Below, one piece after another: positions 24,383 through 37,854 of a stretch of 64,000 nucleotides of DNA. Made by a program: the position numbers and the translations under genes. Source of the DNA: Chiloscyllium plagiosum (lineage: Eukaryota); NCBI RefSeq assembly GCF_004010195.1, contig NC_057752.1, positions 6,274,044-6,338,043 of the forward strand. The letters run 5' to 3'. The notes beneath the pieces are model-generated. The model was not told the origin of the DNA. It was given only the letters and a program-made list of their open reading frames with translations, and did no database searches. How positions within the stretch are numbered: the first letter of the stretch is position 1; every line of letters starts with the position of its first letter.

Positions 24383-24722
24383 AGGTAAAGACGCCATAGT
24401 CCCAGAGGACCACAGACTGCGGTCTCATTAGGGAGAGAGAGACGACTGGTGGTGATTTAACCTGCAGTTCACCGCACCTCAGGCAAGAGGCAACATTGAG
24501 AAGGTGGGACCTCAGCTAATGCAGGAATTGAACCCAGGTTGTTGGCACCACTCTTGCATCGCAAAACAGCCATCCAGCCAACTGAACTGACCAAAGACCT
24601 CTCCTTCTCAACCTCTCCCCTCACCTGAGGCATGATGACCCTCAGGTTAAACCACTACCAGTCGTCTCTCTCTAATGAGACAGCAGCCCTATGTCTGGTA
24701 GGACTATGGTAACTTTACCTTG
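24383..24722. mobile_element. Fold-back tRNA-SINE-related element with 10-bp target-site duplication
   Basis: Diverged inverted arms of about 120 bp (aggtaaag...ttgagaagg and ccttctcaa...ctttacct) enclose a minus-strand tRNA-like head. AGAACAGTAA occurs at 24373-24382 and 24723-24732. Confidence 0.75.
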
Positions 24723-25317
24723 AGAACAGTAAGATGCCTGGTTTGATCTCCGGTTCTGTCAAGTTACTTGCAGTTGGGATAGTGGCAGAGCAGGTTAAAG
24801 TTAGGTTCACACCCCGAGCTAGGGAGAGTTAGGGAAGAAAAAGAGAACAGCTACAAAAATGCACAAGTGTCAAGGTTGTGAATGGGCAAGATCAGGCTAA
24901 ACTGCAAATACCCCCACCTGTCAACGTGCTCCAGCAGCCTTCAAACACTCAGCACCCAGGCTAACATAGAAACAATGACCATTTGGTGAGGTAATCCATT
25001 GCCTTTAGCATGGATTTTCAAGGAACTTGCCTCACCCACAGCAGCTTGTGGGAACACGAGCCAGCAGTCTCTCAGAAAACCTTGAGTTTCTCAAGTGCTT
25101 CAGACAGATTGTATAACCACTTTGCAAATCAAAAAAACTTCACACAATATTAAAAATACGACAGGACTTGTATTTAGGAGGTTATTTGTGCAACTTTTGT
25201 TTTCCCACCAGACAGCTGCTGGCTCCAATTTCTCTCCAGTTAATGAGTAGAGGCTTTGGTGCCAAGTTCCTTAGCTCACCACTCCAACAGTTACACCAAG
25301 ATCGGTTTCGCAAACTA

Positions 25318-25520
25318 AGGATGGGAGTGATTGGCACCTGAAGGATGGGCAGCAGTAACACTTGGGGGATGGGAAGGATTGGCACCTGGAGGATGGGCAG
25401 CAGTGACATTTGGGGGATGGGAAGGATTGGCACCTGGAGGATGGGCAGTAGTGACACTTAGGGGAAGGGAGGGTCTGGCACCTGGAGGATGGGTGATGTG
25501 GCAGGGACTGGCATTTGGAG
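25318..25520 (+). repeat. G-rich minisatellite, 48-bp unit (two 24-bp subunits), about 4 copies
   Basis: ggcacctg[ag]aggatggg recurs at 25333, 25381, 25429 and 25477. Confidence 0.9.
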
Positions 25521-28500
25521 AATGGTAGATGCCAATCTGTCCAATGAGCCAGTTTACTGAGGTTCTTCAGTGCTATCCTGCCTTTCAGGAAGCTTTTTTT
25601 CAGGGATTGTTGGCATAGAAAATGCACTTTTGCAGTATGAGTGGTACACATTGTGTGGGGCAGAGTAGAAGGAGCCTTACTTTGTATTTAGCCAGAATGA
25701 ACTTAAATCTTAGGTGTCTGAAGTTGCCAAAGAAGTGTGTTCCAGCTCTCCTGAATAGCATCCTTCCTCTAGATCAGCACAAAATTCAGTTAAAAGGTTT
25801 GTTCAGAAAATTGTCATTCAAGAAGTCAATGTTAATATAATTCAATAGCAGAATACAATATTTTGTTAAACAACTAAATCAAAACTCATCAGAGAATGAG
25901 CAGAGCTTGAGCCATCTAAAATGCTGTGACCCTTCTAACCCAGTATTCACAGTCAAATTGATTTATCTTGAGATCAATGGAATTTTCCCTCAATTTTTGT
26001 AAAGGTAATGGTTGTTTTCTTTCAAACACAAAGCAGAAAGTGTGCCTTCTGTTCAGCCAAGAGGACTGAAGGTGGATAGTCCCACTTGTAGGCTGACCCC
26101 ATTTCCCATACAGGACATAGAAGCATACAGAGCTGCCTGCATTAGGAAAATCATGCAGATACAGTGCAAATTGTCAGTGAATTCAGGCTCCCTAGAATAC
26201 CATGTACTGCATTAAATAGAATTGAGCTGTATTGAATTGTACTGTGATGACATTTTAGAAATTTTAGGAACAACACATATTTTTGGGGAAATAAATCACT
26301 TCCTTTGGTTTGAAAATTCAATCATTTTAATGTTCCCCACTTTGAAAAATAGCCATTGTTTTTAGAAGAGTTTGCAATTTCCCTCATTCTTTTTTAGTTA
26401 GAATATTACTCCAAACATCCCTCTCTGATTTGAATAAGATCTGCCTTCAATCACACAACATTGACATCTTTCATGAAAATAACTTTTCAGACGTCAGGAA
26501 CAAGTGCTGCCATTTACTGTGGTGACATCGCAGAGATTTCACATAATACAAAGACTATGAAGTTTTTTTTATTAAAAAGCAGAGGAGGCTATGTAAAAGA
26601 TCTAAAATAATATACGACCTAAATAAGGTGGATAAGAAGGATGTATTTTCCTTATCACAGAGAGATATCAATAACTAGGAGGCCTAGACTTACAGTAATT
26701 GGTGAAAGGATGAAGAGTTGGGGGGGCAATGGAAATAAATTTTGTCACCCATAGACTGGTGAGTGGATGGAACTCACTGCTTGAAAGGGTGGGACAGGTA
26801 GAAACCTTCATCATGATTAAAAAATACTTGTAAATGTGCTTGAAGTGCTGTATTCTACAAGGCTACGGAGCAGGAACTGCAAAGTGGAATCAGACTGGAT
26901 AGTTCTATTCTTGGCCGGCACAGACACGCTAGGCCAAATGGCCTCCAACCGTGTCAAAGAATTTCAATGTTTGCTACACTCTATGTTTCTATTCCAAAAT
27001 ACCAGTCATTTGTTTCAGACTGAACCCTTTGCACAGTTTTAGCATGAGGTGGGAAAGCTATCCCACCTGCTTCCCTGGAACAGACATCCAAACAAACAGA
27101 AGAGCCAGGAATCTGCTCCTGACCTAATAAAATCCTCTCAAGTTGATAATGGAATTGGCTCTTGTTTCCAAAAGCACCCAAGTCAAACTGAATGAAAGAT
27201 CATTTCTCTGTGGGTAAGTGTTCACTTCCTCCATTTGCCTTTCCCCTCAAGGCTTCCTCTGGTGCTGAGGGTCTCAGCCACCTGGTCCTCCTTTGGATTT
27301 CAGATAGAACCATATTGTCAGCTGGAATTACTTCAGTTTACCCGTGGGGCTTATGCAGTCAGAACCAGAGTCCAGATGTTACTGAAAAATGCAGAGGCCT
27401 CATTAACACACTCATCCTTCTTCCCTCATGACAGAAAAATAAAATTGGCTTTGCTAACGGGAATTGGGCAGTGGAGGCAATACAGGCTGAGTGACCTGTG
27501 CTGTCCTATTATCTAACTCTTCTAGCAGTGCCTCCATTATCGTGAGGGGAAACAATAGAGGAATTGCTGCAGAACAGTTGTATAATCCCTTAAAGGTACA
27601 AAGGGGCCTGGTCTCCATTGATGAACTGGTTTTAAATGGCTTTAGTGAATGTTCAGCTGTTATAAGATGTCTAACTGGATGGATTCATACCTTTTGGAAA
27701 AATTCCTAAGCAACCTCACTTGGCCTTGTCCATGGGGAAGTCACCAGTGGTGCTATCACTGCAAAACTATTCTGAAGTTCAAAAGTACTTTATTTGCTGT
27801 GAAGTGCTTGGAAACTGTATCATCAATTTACGCCTTGGGAACTGTGAGTAAAGCCTCACAATAATACCTCTCATTATTGCAGGAACCCCTCAATCATAAC
27901 TGGCTTAAACAACTTCAAGCAAAAATAAAAAATTATGACCAATGAATAACAACTTTAATTCACACTAAAATTATTTTAGCTCCTATCAACCAGCAAATGG
28001 GGTTAAAATGCCTTCAGTTTGATTCCACTCAGGCCTCATTTCTAAGGTTGCCTCCAAGTGTGTAATTTTTTATTTATTCTTTCATGGGATGTAGGCTATG
28101 TTAGCATTTACTGCTGAGCCACTTTCTTGAACTGCTGCAGTCCATGTGCTTTAGGTAGATCCACAATGTCCTCAGGTTGGGAATTCCAGGATTTTGACCC
28201 AGCAACAGTGAAGGAACAGCGATATATTTCCAAATCAGGATATTATGTGACTTGAAGGGGAACATGCATGTGATGGCATTCTTATGTATCTGCTGCCCTT
28301 GTCCTTCTAGATGAAAGTGGTCTTTGGTTTGGAAGGAGCTGTCTAAGGAACCTTTGGTGAACTTCTGCAATGCATCTTGTGGATGGGTGCACACTACCAC
28401 CACTGGGTATTGCTGGTGGAGGGAGTGAAAGTTTAATGTAGTAGATGGTAAATCAAATTAGCTGTTTTGACCTGTACTGGATAGTACTGAGCTTCTTGAA

Positions 28501-29399
28501 TGTTGGAGCTGCACCCATCCAGGCAAGTGGATTTATGCCTTTTAGATGGTGGACAGGCTTTGTAGAGTCAGGAGGTAAGTTGCTCATCACTGTTGCATTG
28601 TAAGAAAGCTAATAAACTTGATTTGACAGCAGTGAAAAGCTCTCAGAAACAATTTTTATTCACTGCCTTTACCTGGAAATACCAGTGGACAGCAAATACA
28701 AACAAACAAAGTCAGAGCCAATGGTATTCAGATCAACTGGAGAGTGTCACAAAGTCATGACTGTGACTTTGTAATTACTGGACCTGCGGCTAATGCTAAA
28801 ATTGCAAATGTTCATTCATAAGTAAATAGGGTTGATTCAGCTTAATAAAACTTGACACTTATAATGAACTGCTTCCATTTCACTAGTACAAGGACAAGAG
28901 TTCACAGAATTTAGGTAAGAGGTGCAGGAGGAATACAAGGAAGAATTTGCTTTTTACACAGCAAGTGGTAATAACCTGGAACTTCCTGCCTACGAGGGTG
29001 GTGGAAGCTGAATCAAATCAAAAGGGAAATGGATGGGCATTTGGGGGAAATAAGCTTGCAGGGCTATAGGATAGAGTAGGGGAATGGACCTGGCTGGATT
29101 ATGGTCCGGGAGTCACCATGAACTCAATGATCTCCTGTGTCTCAATGACTCTGGGATTTTAATATGAGAGTAATGTTAGGGTTAGAATTGGTCCATTTTA
29201 CTCATTACAATCAAACTGCCATCCATTTGTGTTTCTCTCATTCATATCAAACTGCATCATTTAAAGAAAAAAATCAAGATGGCCACCCAGCTGACAGACA
29301 TCGATTAATGTCACCTGATATCCTCTGTCTCCAAAATATCAGGATGCCCAAAGATACATTCAAGCCCCAAGAATATATGTTTCTAATACTCAGCATGAG

Positions 29400-30830
29400 G
29401 TCATAGAACATAGGACTTGGCAACAGAAGTAGGCCATTCAGCCCATCCAGTCTGCTCCACCATTCAAAGAAATCATGGCTGATCTGATAATCCTCAACTC
29501 GGTTTTCCTGCCTTTTCCCTATAACCCTTGATTGCCTTACTGATTAAAAATTAATCTCAGCCTTGACCGCACTTAATGACCCAGCCTCTACAGCCCCCTG
29601 TAATAAAGAATTCCACAGATTCATTATCCTCAGAAAAAAATTCCTCCTCATCTCTATCTTAAATCGGTAACCCCTAATTCTGAGATTATGACTTCTGGTC
29701 TAGACTCTCCCAAAAGGAGAAATAACTTTTCCACAGCGATCCTGTCAAGTCCCCTAAGAATCTTGTATGTTTCAATAAGGTTGCCTCTCATTCTTCTAAA
29801 TTCCAATGAGTACATGCCAACCTACTCAATCTCTCCTCATAAAACAATTCCTCCATACATGGCATCAGTCTAGTGAACCTTCCCTGGACTGCCTCTAATG
29901 CTAGTATATCTTTCTTTCCTTAGATAAGAGGCCCAAAACTGTTCACAGTATTCCGGCTGTGGTCTGACTACTGCCTTGTCTAGTTTTAGCGAAATCTCCC
30001 TACTTTTATACTCCATTCCCAATTAAATAAAGGCCAACATTCCATTTGCTTTGCCCATGACCCGCTGAACTTGAATGCTAGTTTTTTGTGATTTACAGAT
30101 GGGGACTCCCAAATTCCTCTGTGCTGCATCTTTCTGCAGTCTTTCCTTTTTTAAATAATATTCAGCTCTTCTCTTCTTCCTGCCAAGAGTGCACAACCTC
30201 ACACTTTTTTGACATTATATTCTATCTATGGAGGATTTTCCCACTTGCTTAACCTATCTATATCCCTCTGCAGACTGTGTCATCTGCAACACTTGCCTTC
30301 CCATCTATTTTTGTGTCATCTGCAAACTCAGCTACAGTACATTCACTTCCTTCATTCAAGTCATTTGTATATATTTATATTATAGTATATAATTCTGCAC
30401 TGATCCCGTGGTATACCACCAGTTACAAGTTGCCATTCTGAAAATGCACCCGTTATCCTAACTCTCTGTCTTCTATTAGTTAGCCAATCCCTTAACCATG
30501 CTAATAAACTACCTCCAACATCACGTGCTCTTGCAGCCTAATTTTTGGCACCCTATCAAAACACTTTCTAAAAATCCAAATATATTACATCCACTGCTTC
30601 TCCATTATCTATCCTGCTTGTTACCTCCTCAAAGACTTTTAATGAATTTGTCAGGCATGATTTCCCCTTCACAAAACCATGCGGACTGTGTTTGAACATA
30701 TTATGTACTTTTAAATGCTCTGTTATTACGTCCTTTTTCATACTCTCTAACATTTTCCCAATAACAGACATTAAACTAATTGGTCTATATTTACTGTTTT
30801 TTTTGTCTCCTTCCCTTTTTAAATAAAGGT
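29400..30830 (-). mobile_element. Old CR1 LINE, RT region to 3' end
   Basis: SVIGKMLES...HGFVKGKSCLTN...AVDVIYLDF; typical 3' UTR (aggccattcagccc) near 29430. Confidence 0.85.
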
Positions 30831-32429
30831 TAAGAAGGTTGGCCTGTAATGGTTTCCCTTCAGGCCCAAATTCTGAAGATTAGGAGGAAGGATGGTAGTG
30901 TAGGGGTAATGTCACTAGACTTGTATTCCGGAAGCTCAGGCTGGTCACATTGGTTTAAATCTCACCGTGCAGCTGGTGGAACTTAAATTAATAAATCTGG
31001 AATTGAAAGCTAGTCTCTCTATAATGGTGACCATGAAAGGAAATCTGCCATCCTTATCTGGTCTGCCTACGCATGACTCCAGACCCACAGCAATGTGGTT
31101 GACTCTGAAACAGCCAAGCAAAGTCATGAGCAATTAGGTTTGGGCATCAAATGCTGACCTTAGTAGCAAGGCCTACATCCCATGAAAGAATAAAGGTCTT
31201 TTTAAAAAAAAAGTCACAGTACAAGTGACAATCATGATGAAAGAGATTGATAAATACAGCACAGAAAGAGGCCATTAAACCCATTGTGTCTATCCCAACT
31301 CTTTGCCAGAGCAATCCAAAACATGACACATATTGTTCTACTTTCTTTCTGGGGCTGTGAACTTTTGTCTGCTTCAGATTGTTATTTAATCTTCATTGAA
31401 AAGAGAGATGACAGGTTTGAGGAAATGAACTCTTCTTGGTCTCTCTGGCTTTGCAGTAATCTAGGGAGCTCATATGCCCACTGAATCATTAGGGGAGGCA
31501 TCTGTATTTTCAACAGTAACTTGTGTAGACGAAGGGGTTAATGAGCTTGATTTTTATTTTAATGAAAGACGTAGACTTCTTCTGAGCTTAAATTTCAATA
31601 GCCCTATTACATGATTCTTGGCAGGATATCATCTAGTTATGACTAATGCACTTTATGTACTAAAAAAAATCCGCCCATGCTTTACAAAGGTGCCCTACAG
31701 CAACAAATCCAAGGGAATTTCTGAAAAAAAAAATCCACTTTATATAATAGAGATCTCATGTCAAGGCTACAGTAACAGTTCCCATCTCATAGTGACAAAA
31801 TGAAGGCAGTGTGGTTTTTTTTTATGGGGCCTCCCATTAGGAGCGATAATCCTGCATTTCTGACCAATCCGTAACAATAATCTCATTCTACTGGAAAAAA
31901 TCTTCAATAAGGAGACCTCAAGTTCCTACAGCTGAGATATGCGCTGTCAGATCCAAAAATGAACACTGGAGAATGGTCTCTGTTGCCGCTCTCAATCGAT
32001 ACTGACTGCAATGATGTCAATCAAAGGAGAGAAAGGGATGCTGAAGCGTGGTTTTGTTCTTGCCAGAATGGAAAGGATGGGGACCAAAACAAAAATACTT
32101 TTTTTCGAGGAATTACACTGGGAATCTCACTGGCATAAATTGCAATCCGTATGAACCACCACTCTTCAAGTTTTCCCGATGAGGGCTGCCATGAGAAGTG
32201 TGGCTTGTCAGTGCCCCATGGAAACCATACATTCTCATACGGGCATCTTCAGGAAGTGAACTGGCACCAGCACAAATTTCACAACATGGCACAGCTGGTC
32301 TTGTTTTGAAACAGACTTTCAAGATGTGGAGCCACTCCCCCAATAAAAACCCTCTTCCACCCCCTTATCCACACTGGCAATAAAATTTTCACACACGTCT
32401 GATTATGTAGCCACGCCATCACTAACAGC

Positions 32430-33005
32430 ACCTATTTACACATCTGAGAAAACACTGGTCTCTGTCTCTGTACCTCTCACCGCTCAGCTGCCACTGAAAT
32501 CCTCATTCATGCCTTTGTTACCTCAACTATTCCAACATACTCTTAGCTACTCTTCCGCATTCTACCCTGTAAACTTGAGGTCACCCAAAACAGTACTGCT
32601 CATGTCTTTGCTTGTACCAAGTCCTGTTTCTCTCTCATCCCTTGGCGCAATGATGTACATTGGTTTCTGGTTGAAGACAGAACAAAAACTTGCATTTCCA
32701 TGGTGCCATTCTCATCTACTGAATGTCTCAAAGCACTTTACTCCCAAGTGAGTACTGTTGAAATGCAGCCAGTGGTTTTAATATAGGAAAACCTAGATCT
32801 TGAAATTCTCATCCTCCTTTTCAAATCTCTCCATGGTCTCTTCCCTCCCTATCTCCGTAATCTTCTCTAAAGCCACAACCATTTGAGATATCTGTCTTCC
32901 TCGAATTCTAAGATTTACGCATCCCCAATTCCAATTGGTTGTCAGGACCCTAATTCCCTCCCTAAATCCCTCGACCTCGAGATTTTCCTCCTTTAAGCCA
33001 CTCTT
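32430..33005 (+). mobile_element. L2-type LINE fragment
   Basis: ctcattcatgcctttgttacctca (LIHAFVTS); aaattctcatcctccttttcaaatctctccatgg (KILILLFKSLHG). Confidence 0.7.
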
Positions 33006-33649
33006 TAAAACAAAGTTTTGATCATCTTAGAATCACAGAATTCAAACAGTGTGGAAGCAGGCCATTCAGCCCATCGAGTCCACACCGACCTTCTGAAGAG
33101 CATCCCACTCAGACCCAGTCCCCCACCCTATCCCAGTAACCCTGCATTTCTCATGGCTACTCCACCCAGCCTAAACATTATAGGCAAATTAATGTGGTCA
33201 ACTAACCCTCCACATCTTTGGACTGTCTTAATAACTCCTTCTGTGGCTCAGTGCTAAGCTGTGAAGTGCTTTGGGAGGGATATTTTATGACCTGAAAGGC
33301 ACTATATGAATGTGAGTTTTTGTTGCATAATCTCGAACAAGGACGCTCGTTCTAGCAGTTCCACGGTCAGTGTTTTTGCACCAAAGTAAAAATTCACCTG
33401 GGAACCAGTGCCTTGTTAGGATCCCGACTGAGAGCCACACATACACAATTCAGTTTAAACTCCTGCTTGTTTGATAAGTCATCTGCCAATAGTATGCGCA
33501 CACAAAGCCCCCACCCCTCCTGTAGTTTAATCATTCATCACTGGCAGACCTGAGAGCTACCGCTACCCTTTCTCAACCAGCTTATGTCACTGACATCTCC
33601 AATTGGGGCACAAGGAGCAAAAAAAAATCACTGACAGCTCAAGTGCAGA

Positions 33650-34450
33650 AAGCCGATCAGAGAAGGGGGCTTCAGTTCGGAAATAATACAGCTATTGTTA
33701 GCGGGAAGGGTTCGGAAACCTGCTATCCCGTTAACAGTCAGTGAAAAGAAAAACCTCCGATTTCTCTACTCCAAGTCAGCTGCTCTGCAGAACACAAGGC
33801 AAATAAATAACTGCTGTAGCCCTGCAGCCTGGACAGGATACATCTCACCGCCAGTGCCCATCGCTTCACTAACCAGCTGACCTGTGAAAAGTTCTCCACC
33901 GATCTGCAACACACACTCCCAGCTCCAAATCACAGAAGCATGACCATTTCCACTAGCCCCACGCCTGCAGCTTTTATGATTCTGGATTTTAAAAAAACTC
34001 CACTAAGAAACGGCACGCAACAGTTACCTGCGACACAACTTTTCTCCCTCTGGCCTTCTCGAGAGTCGACATTTTACGACCAGGGTCGCCGGCTTCGTTT
34101 TTTTTTTGCTTCCTCCGCCCTCCCAGGAAAAAGAAAAGTGAAAACACTGAGGCTCTTTCTGTGGACCAGCACAGAGTGCGTTTGTGAGACTGCTCTGCCA
34201 CTGATGCACTGCGCGCTCTCGCCCTCTCTCTCTCTCTCTTCCCTTCAGTCCTTAAGCCTTGCCAAAAAAAAACCCTCTGTCCACAGAACCATTACTCTAG
34301 CACTCCGTGAAGCCAATGAAAAGCTGTACCTACCTCATACCCTCAAATCTACTTTTACAACAACAACAGAAAACAGACCGGGATAATCATTGATTCGTGC
34401 TCTCAGGCACAATCGTTATTTTGTTTGCAGGGTTCAACTCATAAATACTC
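33650..34450 (-). promoter_or_regulatory. CpG-enriched putative promoter/5'UTR
   Basis: CpG density is visibly above the depleted background (e.g. gggtcgccggcttcg, gcgcgctctcgcc). A (CT)n tract lies at about 34224-34239, just upstream of the candidate first exon. Confidence 0.45.
34028..34072 (-). CDS. tns2: Candidate alternative first coding exon of the tensin gene (MSTLEKARGRKVVSQ)
   Basis: AAAATGTCG start (A at -3), 15 codons, ending CAG|gtaact in phase 0, compatible with the phase-0 acceptor at 17415. Lies in a CpG-rich non-repeat patch. No homology recognised. Confidence 0.5.
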
Positions 34451-34839
34451 AGAGCAGCAGCATCTGGGTTTTGTGTTGTATGCAAACGTTTATATTAATT
34501 GTGAGATTAAATCTCCCATATGAGAATGGTATAGTTAAGCTCAGGGGAAGTGGGGTTTTATCTGCGTGATTCCACAGTGCCATTCGTGAAGTTCATGCCA
34601 TGCATTTCGATAGCGTCTTTCCCATCCTCAGTGTCCCAAAATGTTTTACAGTCAATTTTTTGAAGTGTCATCCCCTTTTGTAGGAAATGCAGCCGCCCCA
34701 ATTTGTGTACAGCAAGCTCCCACGAATAGCAAAGTGGTAATGACCAGATAATCTATTCGTTGTGATGTCAATCGAGGGATAAGAACACCAGAGAGAATTC
34801 ACAGAATGGTTATGGTGCAGTAAAAGTTCATTCTACAAG

Positions 34840-35330
34840 GCACAAGTCAGGAGTGTGATGGAACACACCCCGCTTGCCTGGATGGGTGCAGCTCCAACAA
34901 CACTCAAGAAGCTTGACACTACCCACAATAAAGCAGCCCACTTGAGTGGATTCACATTCACAAACATCCACTTCCTCCACGATTGATGCTCAGTAGCAGT
35001 GGTATGTAGTTTCTATAAGATGCACTGCAAAACATTCACTTGAGCACCTTCCAAACCTGCAACCACTCCATCCAGAAGGACAAGGGCGGCAGATACATGG
35101 GAACACCACCCTGTAAGTTCCCATCCTGACTTGGAAATATATCACTGTTCCTTCAGTATTGGTAGGTCAAAATCCTGGAAGGCCCTCCCCAATTGCATTG
35201 TGGGTAAACCAATAGCAAATGGACTGCAGCGGTTCAAGATAGCAGTTCACTGCCACCTTCTCAAGGGCAACTAAGAATGGGCAATAAATGCTGGCCCATC
35301 CAGTGACATGTGCATGCCATGAGTAGATAA
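34840..35330 (+). mobile_element. 3' end of a second CR1-group LINE family
   Basis: AQVRSVMEHTPLAWMGAAPTTLKKLDT-like sequence then conserved 3' UTR (gggcaataaatgctggcc). Related pieces at about 28075-28590 (-), 36880-37600 (+), 44890-45110 (+) and 50700-50980 (-). Confidence 0.7.
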
Positions 35331-35379
35331 AAAAATTTAAATTCCATCCATTATGCCTGCAGTGTCTCACTGAGAATTT

Positions 35380-36110
35380 TAATTTTGTGCCAATCTCCCG
35401 TTTTTTATCTATAACCTCTGCACATTGTTTCTATTTAAAACAGAATCCAATGTCCTCTTGAATGCCTCAACTGAACCTGTCTCCACCACATTTCCAGGCA
35501 ATGTATTCCTTATCCTCACTACACATGACGTGAAAAAAGTTTCTTTTCTCACCTCATATTTGCTTCTTTTGCAAAACATTATAAAACTGAGTTCTCAATC
35601 TGAGTGAGGACAGTTTCTCCTTTTCTGCTCTGTCTAGACTTGTCATGATTTTGAAATCTGTATCAAATCTCCTCTTAACGTTCTCCTCCCCAAGGAGACC
35701 AGTTCCAACTTCTTCAATTGATCCTCATAACTGAAGTGTTACGTCCTTGGAACCAGTCTCATAAACCTCTTCTGCACTGTCTCCAATGCATTCACATCTT
35801 TCCCATAGTGTGAGAGCCTCCAGCTGAGGACTAACCAATGTCTTCTGAACTCTATTTATGAAACCTAGGATACTGTATGACCTGTATTAACAGGTCAATT
35901 ACTTGTTCTGCCACCTTTAATAGCTTATGTACAAATACAGTACACCCAGGTCTCTCTGCTGCTGCACACCCTTTAGAGCAATATCTTTTATTTTATACTG
36001 TCTCTGTGTTCTTTGGAACAAAATGTATCACCTCATGCTTTCTGCATTGAACTTCATCTGTCACCTGCTCAGCTCACCAATCCTTTGAAGTCCTACACCA
36101 TCCTCCTCAC
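35380..36110 (-). mobile_element. Old CR1 LINE fragment
   Basis: Degenerate reverse-complement of the CR1 ORF2 C-terminus (aacctcttctgcactgtctccaatgc, aggtctctctg). Confidence 0.65.
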
Positions 36111-36388
36111 AGATTACAGTTTATTTCTTCTGGATAATTCCATGAGATTTTCTATGTCCACTTGAGAGGGCAGACAAGCCATCGGTTTAACTCTTCACAG
36201 AAAATTTGGCACTCTGATTAGTGCAGCCCACCCTCAGTATTGCACTAGAATGTTAGCCTTGATTTTTGTGTGCAAGTCCTGGATCAGGACTCAATTCTAC
36301 AACCTTCTGACTCAATGGCAAGTGTGCTGTCCACCCAGGCATGGCTGGTAACTGATATATAACAGAGTAGAGTGTTTACAAGAACTAC

Positions 36389-36678
36389 ATGGTGGTTCAG
36401 TGATTAGCAGTGCTGCTGCATAGCACTAGGGACCTGGATTCGATTCCACTCTTGGGTGACTGTCTGTGTGGAATATGTACATTCTCCCCGTGTCTGTGGG
36501 GGTTTCCTCCAGGTGCTCTAGTTTCCTCTCACAGTCCAAAGATGTGCTGGCTAGGTAGATTAGCCATGGACAGTGCAGGGATAGGATAATGGGGTGGGTT
36601 TGAATGGGATGCCCTTCAGAAGATCAGTGTGGATCTGAAAGGCCAAATGGCCTGCTTCCACACTGTGGGGATTCTCTG
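36389..36678 (+). mobile_element. HE1-type V-SINE
   Basis: Head, B-box and V-domain present. Confidence 0.85.
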
Positions 36679-37854
36679 AGTTTTGCCTCATCCCAGAACA
36701 GTCCTGAGGGATTGAGTCCATGTTGAAAAAGTCCTCTTTGACTTTCAGGAGTATCAACATCACAGAAACTTCTACCACCAAACATCTTGTGGATCAGCAC
36801 TGACCAGAAGCTCATCTGGATATGCCATAGCAATATTGCAACTGAAAGGGGAAGGCTGCAATGAGCAACTCACCTTCTGAAGCATCAAAGTCTGTCCACT
36901 ATCCACATGAAACAAGTCAGGAGTGTGATGGAATACTCTCCACTCCTTTCAATGGGCACAACTCCAACAATACTTAGGTAGCTCCACACCTTCCAGAACA
37001 GTGTTGCTTTTTCAATCAGACTACAAATTACTGAGCTCAATATTCACTCCATCCTACACTGGAGCTCCTTGCCTGCTGTGTGTTTGATCTACAGGATGCG
37101 CTGTTGCAATTTTTCAAAATTCAAAACTTGCCAGCAACGCTAAATAAGTTCAACGGCATCTGGCACAAAAAAAGTCCTCTTTGTTAGCACCACAACCACC
37201 ACTTTCAACATTCACTCTGTCCACTCGTGTTGTATTATGGCAGCAGTATGTAACGTCAACAAGATACAAGGCAGTAGTTCACCAAGGCTCCTGAGAAAAG
37301 ACCTTCCAAACCCATGACCTCTACCAGCTAGAAGGACAAGGGCAGCAGATACATGGGAACACCACCACCTTCAAGTTCCCTGCCAAGCCACTCACCATCC
37401 TGACTTGGAAATATATCGCTGCTCCTTCACTGTCACTGGGTCAAAGTCCTAGAACCCTTTGCTAACAGCATAGTGGGTAAACCTCCACCTGAGGACTGCA
37501 GCAATTCAAGAGGCGACTTCATCATCTTCTCCAGGGAAGATGGAATGGAAAATAAATGGGGGCCTGGCTAATGACACTCACATCCCATGAATGAATAAAC
37601 AAAGTCTTCCTCTGCCCACAGAGCTTGGTGTCATCAGCAAATTCAATACAAATTCAGCCAGCTTGTTCTGAACTATTTTAAATATTATAAATAGTAAGTG
37701 TCATTTTGGGAAATAATATTTAAGTTTGTTTATATTTTGAACATGAATTACAGCTAAGACAGTTACCAAGGTGCAAAGGTAACGTGTTACAACAATTCAA
37801 ATTTCCTGAAACAATTCATTTGCAATCAATGCTAGGGTAGTAGGACAGATACCC

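Noticed and set aside
25182..25651. Repetitive Pro/Cys/Gly-rich ORFs and a CRISPR-like periodicity
   Set aside because: These are translations of a 48-bp minisatellite with no unique spacers, in a eukaryotic context.
33882..33903. 22-nt segment bounded by tgttgcag and gtcagc on the minus strand
   Set aside because: It would frameshift the candidate first exon and the donor is weak; no support without transcripts.
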